Assembly: GCA_964244895.1 (NCBI GenBank)
Contig: CAXTKV010000039.1
Span: forward strand, 18,443 to 31,323
From: an uncultured Deinococcales bacterium
GTDB taxonomy: Bacteria > Deinococcota > Deinococci > Deinococcales > JAAFIG01
Direction of reading: 5' to 3'
DNA: 12,881 bases
How positions within the stretch are numbered: position 1 is the stretch's first letter; every line of letters begins with the position of its first letter. This document shows positions 6,147 through 12,881 of the stretch, piece by piece. The notes under the pieces were generated by a model. It saw only the letters and a program-made list of their open reading frames with translations, searched no databases and was not told the DNA's origin. The translations under genes and the position numbers were made by a program.

Positions 6147-6461
6147 AGGCTGGACTTCGTTCTTCGGACTGCGGTAAGGGGTCAGTCTCGAGGCGTGTCA
6201 TTTCCGTGCCCGACGGCCTTTTTCAGATGAGTACGCCCTGGCTCGAGCGTCTCAGGTCAGCACCCGAGGCGGGCAGAAACCGCTCGAGGATTGGTTCAAA
6301 GTGGTTCAGTTCACGTGCTCGAGCGACGACGCAGCGATCAAACCCGTTCCAAAGGAGGTGGCGCACAGAAGATCGCGTTTGATCGACACTCGAAATCGAT
6401 AAATGACACCGCGCCAAAAAATCCGCGCCGAGAATCCGCGCGACCATTCCAAGGAGAACTG

Positions 6462-7772
6462 ATGCGACTGTTCAAGATCTTCGGCTCACTGTTCGCGGCG
6501 GCGATGCTCGTGACCGCCATGGCGCAGACCTCACCGATCAAGGTCGTGTACTGGGATTTCTTCGGCGGTGGCGACGGCGTGCGCATGAAGCAGATCATCG
6601 CGGATTTCAACAAATCCCAGACGGACATCCAGATCGAGAATTCGACCTTGCCGTGGGGCGCGCCGTTTTACACCAAGATTCACACCTCCGTCGTGGCCGG
6701 ACAGACGCCCGACCTGATGACGTACCACATGTCGGCCATGCCCAGAGGCATCAAGAACGGCGATTTGCGCGCCATCACCGACGCGGATCTCTCGAGCGTC
6801 GGCCTCTCGAGGGCGAGCTTCCTGCCCGCCCTGGTGCAGACAGAACTGAGCATCTCGAAGATTCAGACGGGCGAGGAAAAGCTCTACGCCGTGCCGCTCG
6901 ACACGCACACGCTGGTGATGTACTACAACAAGGACATCCTCAAGAAAGCCGGTCTGCTCGGGACTGACGGCCTGCCGATGGGCATGAGCGGCGTCGATGC
7001 GTTCAGCAAATCCCTCAAGCAGATCAAGGACAAAACCGGCGTGCTGCCCGTGGCAACGTCCTCGGCGGGTGGCGATTCGGCCTCGCCGTGGCGGATCTTC
7101 GCGACCCTCTACAACCAACAGGGCGGAACCTTCGTGCGCGACGGCAAGCTCTCCTTGACCGACCTGGACACCAAGGGCAAGCAGGTACTGACGACCATGA
7201 CCGGCTGGACCAAGGATGGACTGATCGCCAAGAACACAACCTACCCGGCGATGGTCGCGCTGTTCACGGCGGGACGCGCGGCGTTCATGATCAACGGCAA
7301 CTGGGAAGTCCCCACGATGGTCGACTTGAAAGCCAAGGGCAAGCTCTTCGATTACGGCATCATGCCCTTCCCGAAGCTCTACGGAAACCAGAAAACCTGG
7401 GCCGATTCGCACACGCTGGCCATCCCGAACAACTCCAAGACGCCGATGACCCCGGAAAAGCTCAAGGCCGTCATGACGGTCATCGGGTACATCCAGAAAA
7501 CGGGCGGTCTGACCTGGGCGGGCGGCGGTCACATCCCCGCCGATATCGAGGTGCAAAGCAGCGCCGATTACAAGGCCCTGATGCCGAACGTCGAGTACAG
7601 CGCCGTATCCGCCAAGGACGTGGTGCTCGAGCCGACCGTACCGATGTTCGGCGTCGGTGGGCCGGTTTACGACTCGGTCGGCAACTCGTTGGTTCCGGCG
7701 CTGGTCGGTCAGGTCACGGTCGATCAGGCCATCGCCAAGTTCAAGCAGCAGTTGACGAGCTTCAACAAGTAA
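6462..7772 (+). CDS. Carbohydrate ABC transporter substrate-binding protein (CUT1 family, probably arabino-oligosaccharides)
   Basis: AAGGAG at 6451-6456, ATG at 6462; signal peptide MRLFKIFGSLFAAAMLVTAMA|Q without a lipobox; YAVPLDTHTLVMYYNKDILKKAG and FTAGRAAFMINGNW motifs. Confidence 0.9.
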   Translation: MRLFKIFGSLFAAAMLVTAMAQTSPIKVVYWDFFGGGDGVRMKQIIADFNKSQTDIQIENSTLPWGAPFYTKIHTSVVAGQTPDLMTYHMSAMPRGIKNGDLRAITDADLSSVGLSRASFLPALVQTELSISKIQTGEEKLYAVPLDTHTLVMYYNKDILKKAGLLGTDGLPMGMSGVDAFSKSLKQIKDKTGVLPVATSSAGGDSASPWRIFATLYNQQGGTFVRDGKLSLTDLDTKGKQVLTTMTGWTKDGLIAKNTTYPAMVALFTAGRAAFMINGNWEVPTMVDLKAKGKLFDYGIMPFPKLYGNQKTWADSHTLAIPNNSKTPMTPEKLKAVMTVIGYIQKTGGLTWAGGGHIPADIEVQSSADYKALMPNVEYSAVSAKDVVLEPTVPMFGVGGPVYDSVGNSLVPALVGQVTVDQAIAKFKQQLTSFNK

Positions 7773-7783
7773 TCCCACCAAAC

Positions 7784-7840
7784 AAACACCGTCCAGCACG
7801 CAAATTCTTTGGTCTCGAGAATGCCGTGCTGGGCGGTCTT
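7784..7840. repeat. REP-like family copy between the binding-protein and permease genes
   Basis: AAACACCGTCCAGCACG...CTCGAG...CGTGCTGGGCGGTCTT inverted arms. Confidence 0.8.
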
Positions 7841-7896
7841 CCCAAACTTGAGCACCCTGAACCGCTCAGATTCACGGCCTGAGAGACTCGAGCGCA

Positions 7897-8799
7897 ATGG
7901 AATACACGACCCAACAGACGCAACGAGCCCGAAACAAAAACGCGTACATGGTGCAGCGCTGGCTGGTGGCAGGACTGCTGATCTCGCCGTTCGCCGTGGC
8001 CTACGTGCTGTTCTTGATCTATCCGTCCTTGAGGGTGCTGCAACTGAGCTTCACCGATGCGGACATCGCCGGGATCGGCAAATACATCGGTTTTGAAAAT
8101 TACGCCAACCTGCTGAACGACCCGGATTTCTGGGCGTCGGTCTGGCACACGGTTTATTTCACGCTGCTGACGGTCATTCCCAACACGGCCTTCGGATTCG
8201 TGTTCGCGCTGATGGTCGTCCGGCTCAAACGCATGCAGAACCTGATGCTGGCCGCGTTTTTCTTGCCGAACATTCTGCCCGTCAGCGTCGTCACGACCGT
8301 CTGGTTGTGGATTCTCGACCCGAATTTTGGCATTCTGAACAGCGTCTTCAAAACGGGCATCAACTGGTTTCAGGACCCCGCCTACGCCATGCCGACGGTC
8401 GCGTTCGTGACGATCTGGTGGACGGTCGGCTTCAACATGCTCTTGTTCGTGGCGGCGCTCAAAAGCATCCCGAAGGAATACTACGAGGCGGCTTCTCTGG
8501 ACGGCGCGGACAGCTTTCAGATGTTCCGGTACATCACCTGGCCTTCGGCCTGGCCGGTCACCAGCCTGGTGCTGGTCTTGCAGTTGATCGCGCAATTCAA
8601 GATTTTCGATCAGGTTTATCTGTTGACCCAGGGCGGCCCCTTTGATTCCACGCGGGTGCTGCTCTTGGAGCTCTACCAGCAGGCCTTCCAGCAGCAAAAA
8701 GGGGGGTACGCCTCGAGCATCGCGGTGGTGCTGCTGGTGATCATCGTGGTGGCATCGTTGATTCAGAATCGGCTCTTGAACCGCTCGAGGTCCGCATGA
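7897..8799 (+). CDS. Carbohydrate ABC transporter permease 1
   Basis: Multiple hydrophobic segments; IGFENY, EAA motif (SIPKEYYEAASLDGA), FDQVYLLTQGGP and GYASS. Confidence 0.92.
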   Translation: MEYTTQQTQRARNKNAYMVQRWLVAGLLISPFAVAYVLFLIYPSLRVLQLSFTDADIAGIGKYIGFENYANLLNDPDFWASVWHTVYFTLLTVIPNTAFGFVFALMVVRLKRMQNLMLAAFFLPNILPVSVVTTVWLWILDPNFGILNSVFKTGINWFQDPAYAMPTVAFVTIWWTVGFNMLLFVAALKSIPKEYYEAASLDGADSFQMFRYITWPSAWPVTSLVLVLQLIAQFKIFDQVYLLTQGGPFDSTRVLLLELYQQAFQQQKGGYASSIAVVLLVIIVVASLIQNRLLNRSRSA

Positions 8800-9626
8800 A
8801 ACCCAGACTTGTGGCCATGCTCGGCGCGTCCGGCACGCTCCTGACGGTGGTGTTTGCGCTGTTCTGGTTTTTCCCGCTGTACTGGATGCTGGTCACGTCC
8901 TTCAAGGACGAAACCCAGACCATTTCGACCGATCAGAGCTGGATTCCGCAACCCTTCGATTTCAGTTCGTACTCGTACGTGATTCTGAACAGCCCGATCT
9001 TGCGCTGGTACCTGAACAGCGTCGTGACTTCGGTGATCATCACGGTGATGGTCTTGCTGTTGGCGATGCTCTGCGCGTACGCGATCTCGCAACTGGAATT
9101 TCCGGGCAAGAACCTGGTCTTCTGGATCATCCTGGCGGGCTTCATGATCCCGTTTCAGGCGAGCATCATTCCGTTGTTCATGTTCATGAACAGACTCGGG
9201 CTGGTCAACACCTACGCCGGCGTGGTGCTGCCGCAACTGGCGGCTCCGGTGGCGGTGGTGATCTACAAGCAGTTCTTCGATCAGGTTCCTCGAGAACTCG
9301 GCGATGCGGCCCGGATCGATGGCGCGAGCGAATTTCGGGTGCTGTTCGGCGTGTACTTGCCGCTCAACTGGGGCATCACCTGGGCGCTGGCGATCATCAC
9401 GTTCATCGGGGCGTGGAACAATTTCTTCTGGCCTTTTATCGTCACGTCCGCCACGCCGATGCTGACGATCCCGGTCGGCATCACGCAAGTGCAGTCCGCG
9501 TACGGCATCGCCTACGCCAAAACCATGGCGACCGCCGTGCTGGCGGCCTTCCCGACGGTCGCGGCCTATTTGATCTTTCAGCGCCGCGTGACGGAAGGTG
9601 TCATGGCCACGGCGGGTCTGAAGTAA
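8796..9626 (+). CDS. Carbohydrate ABC transporter permease 2
   Basis: [22 protein letters not shown]-like [14 protein letters not shown] and WNNFFWP; ATGA overlap with permease 1. Confidence 0.92.
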   Translation: MKPRLVAMLGASGTLLTVVFALFWFFPLYWMLVTSFKDETQTISTDQSWIPQPFDFSSYSYVILNSPILRWYLNSVVTSVIITVMVLLLAMLCAYAISQLEFPGKNLVFWIILAGFMIPFQASIIPLFMFMNRLGLVNTYAGVVLPQLAAPVAVVIYKQFFDQVPRELGDAARIDGASEFRVLFGVYLPLNWGITWALAIITFIGAWNNFFWPFIVTSATPMLTIPVGITQVQSAYGIAYAKTMATAVLAAFPTVAAYLIFQRRVTEGVMATAGLK

Positions 9627-9666
9627 CGCGGATTCTCGAGTTCTTACTTTTGAGGAAGGTGCACGA

Positions 9667-11157
<1,491 letters not shown>

Positions 11158-11186
11158 TCGCGGATGCGCCCGATTGCTTCAAATCA

Positions 11187-11236
11187 GAGAACACCGTCCA
11201 GCACACATATTTCAATTCGCGTGCTGGACGGTGTCC
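11187..11236. repeat. REP-like family copy (best-preserved long form)
   Basis: GAGAACACCGTCCAGCAC-ACATATTTCAATTCGC-GTGCTGGACGGTGTCC, with a perfect 14-bp stem ACACCGTCCAGCAC/GTGCTGGACGGTGT. Confidence 0.85.
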
Positions 11237-11358
11237 GGGCGTCACTCGAGCCGCAGGGACGGGCTCGCCTCGGGCATGGCAAGATCAGGGGAAGCCTTCA
11301 AGATTCGCCCGCAACCGGGCCGACCTGATCCGACCGATCTGACTCGAGGAGCGTACTC

Positions 11359-12881
11359 ATGAACGAACAATGTAGCGTCGGTGTGGACTTCGGCACGCTC
11401 TCCGGGCGCGCCGTGATCGTGCGCGTGCGCGACGGAGCCGAACTGGGCAACGCGGTTTTTGACTACCCGCACGGCGTGATCGACCAGACGTTGCCCGCCA
11501 GCGGCGCGAAACTGCCGCCCGAATGGGCCTTGCAGGACCCGACGGATTATCTTGGGGTCTTCAAGAACGCCGTCCCCGAAGCCCTGCGGCAGAGCGGCGT
11601 GAGCGCGCAGGACATCGTCGGGATCGGCATCGATTTCACGGCCTGCACGATCCTGCCGACCACCACGGACGGCACGCCGCTCTGCACCCTGGGGGCGTAC
11701 CGCAACCGCCCGCACGCCTACGTCAAGCTCTGGAAGCACCACGCGGCGCAACCTCAGGCGGATCGGATCAACGCCGTGGCTCACGCCAGAGGCGAGGCGT
11801 GGTTGCCGCGCTACGGCGGCAAGATCTCGAGCGAATGGATGTTCGCCAAAGCCCTGCAAATCCTGGAAGAAGACCCGGAAATCTACCGCGCCGCCGACCG
11901 CATGATCGAAGCCGCCGATTGGGTCGTGTGGCAACTGTGCGGGGTTGAAACGCGCAACACCTGCACCGCCGGGTACAAGGCGAACTTCCAGGACGGTCAG
12001 TACCCGTCTCGGGAATACCTGGCGGCGCTCAACCCAGCGTTCGCGGATTTCCCGCAACAAAAACTCTCCGATCACCTGTCCGCGCTGGGCGCTCGAGCGG
12101 GCGGCCTGACCTCAGAGGCTGCCGCCTGGACGGGCCTGCCGGAGGGCATCGCGGTGGCGGTCGCCAACGTCGACGCGCACGTGGCCGTGCCCGCCGCCAA
12201 CGCCGTGGAACCCGGCCAGATGGTCTTGATCATGGGCACCAGCACCTGCCACATCGTCAACGGCGAGACGCTCAGTGAAGTCCCCGGCATGTGCGGCGCG
12301 GTGGACGGCGGCGTCAGCCCCGGCTTGTTCGGTTACGAGGCCGGGCAGAGCGGCGTCGGGGATATCTTCGGCTGGTTCGTCAAGAACGGCGTCCCGCCCG
12401 AGTACGCCGACGCGGCGCGGGCGGCGGGCGTGGGCGTTCACGAATACCTGAGCGGTCTGGCGCAAACGCAGAAACCCGGTGAGCACGGATTGATCGCGCT
12501 CGACTGGTGGAACGGCAACCGCAGCGTGCTGGTGGACACGGAACTTTCGGGGGTGATCGTCGGCATGACCCTGGCGACCCGCGCACCAGACATCTACCGA
12601 GCGCTGATCGAATCGACCGCTTACGGTACGCGCACGATCATCGAAGCCTTCGAGGATTCCGGCGTGCCCATCAAGGAACTCGTGATCGCAGGCGGGTTGA
12701 TCAAGAACGAAATGCTGATGCAGATTTACGCCGACGTGACCGGACGAGAACTGAGCGTGGCCGCGTCCAGCCAGGGACCGGCGCTGGGCAGCGCGATTCA
12801 CGCGGCGGTGGCCGCCGGCGCTTACCCGGACATTTACGCGGCAGCCGCCAGCATGGGCAGATCTTTCAAGGGTGCGTACAA
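11359..12881 (+). CDS. araB: L-ribulokinase (FGGY family), truncated at the 3' end by the window
   Basis: Absent from the ORF track because no stop lies in the window. GAGGAG then ATG 11359; translates MNEQCSVGVDFGTLSGRAVIV, WALQDP, GIGIDFTACT, KLWKHHAAQ, YGGKISSEW, MGTSTCH, EAGQSGVGDIF and LDWWNGNRS. Confidence 0.93.
   Translation, partial: MNEQCSVGVDFGTLSGRAVIVRVRDGAELGNAVFDYPHGVIDQTLPASGAKLPPEWALQDPTDYLGVFKNAVPEALRQSGVSAQDIVGIGIDFTACTILPTTTDGTPLCTLGAYRNRPHAYVKLWKHHAAQPQADRINAVAHARGEAWLPRYGGKISSEWMFAKALQILEEDPEIYRAADRMIEAADWVVWQLCGVETRNTCTAGYKANFQDGQYPSREYLAALNPAFADFPQQKLSDHLSALGARAGGLTSEAAAWTGLPEGIAVAVANVDAHVAVPAANAVEPGQMVLIMGTSTCHIVNGETLSEVPGMCGAVDGGVSPGLFGYEAGQSGVGDIFGWFVKNGVPPEYADAARAAGVGVHEYLSGLAQTQKPGEHGLIALDWWNGNRSVLVDTELSGVIVGMTLATRAPDIYRALIESTAYGTRTIIEAFEDSGVPIKELVIAGGLIKNEMLMQIYADVTGRELSVAASSQGPALGSAIHAAVAAGAYPDIYAAAASMGRSFKGAY

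Noticed and set aside
6191..6223. Possible attenuator or terminator (AGGC...GCCTTTTT) or riboswitch in the ara leader
   Set aside because: The stem is short and interrupted, and I recognise no riboswitch consensus

Overview
GC-rich bacterial chromosomal window (about 63% GC by eye), most consistent with Deinococcota. The lineage call rests on TANNNT -10 boxes 5-6 nt before start codons, Thermus-type Asn-containing purine nucleoside phosphorylases, and a non-lipoprotein sugar-binding protein. The left half (minus strand) carries a 3-hydroxybutyryl-CoA dehydrogenase / low-GC 71-aa orphan / DUF3291 / enoyl-CoA hydratase operon, a double zinc-ribbon protein, two tandem DeoD-type phosphorylase paralogs and an AraR-type GntR/LacI hybrid regulator. 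The right half (plus strand) is a divergent arabinose/arabino-oligosaccharide operon: ABC binding protein, two permeases, a GH51 arabinofuranosidase and ribulokinase araB, which runs off the window. The genes are mostly ordinary metabolism; the unusual signal is at the DNA level. (1) The palindrome CTCGAG occurs about 47 times by hand count, roughly 10x expectation, in all ten intergenic gaps and in all reading frames, like a highly iterated palindrome. (2) A REP-like family, GAGAACACCGTCCAGCAC...GTGCTGGACGGTGTTCTC, occupies most intergenic gaps and is often capped by CTCGAG. (3) Two other palindromic element types and an overlapping divergent promoter/operator are also visible. No CRISPR array, tRNA, rRNA or transposase was seen.
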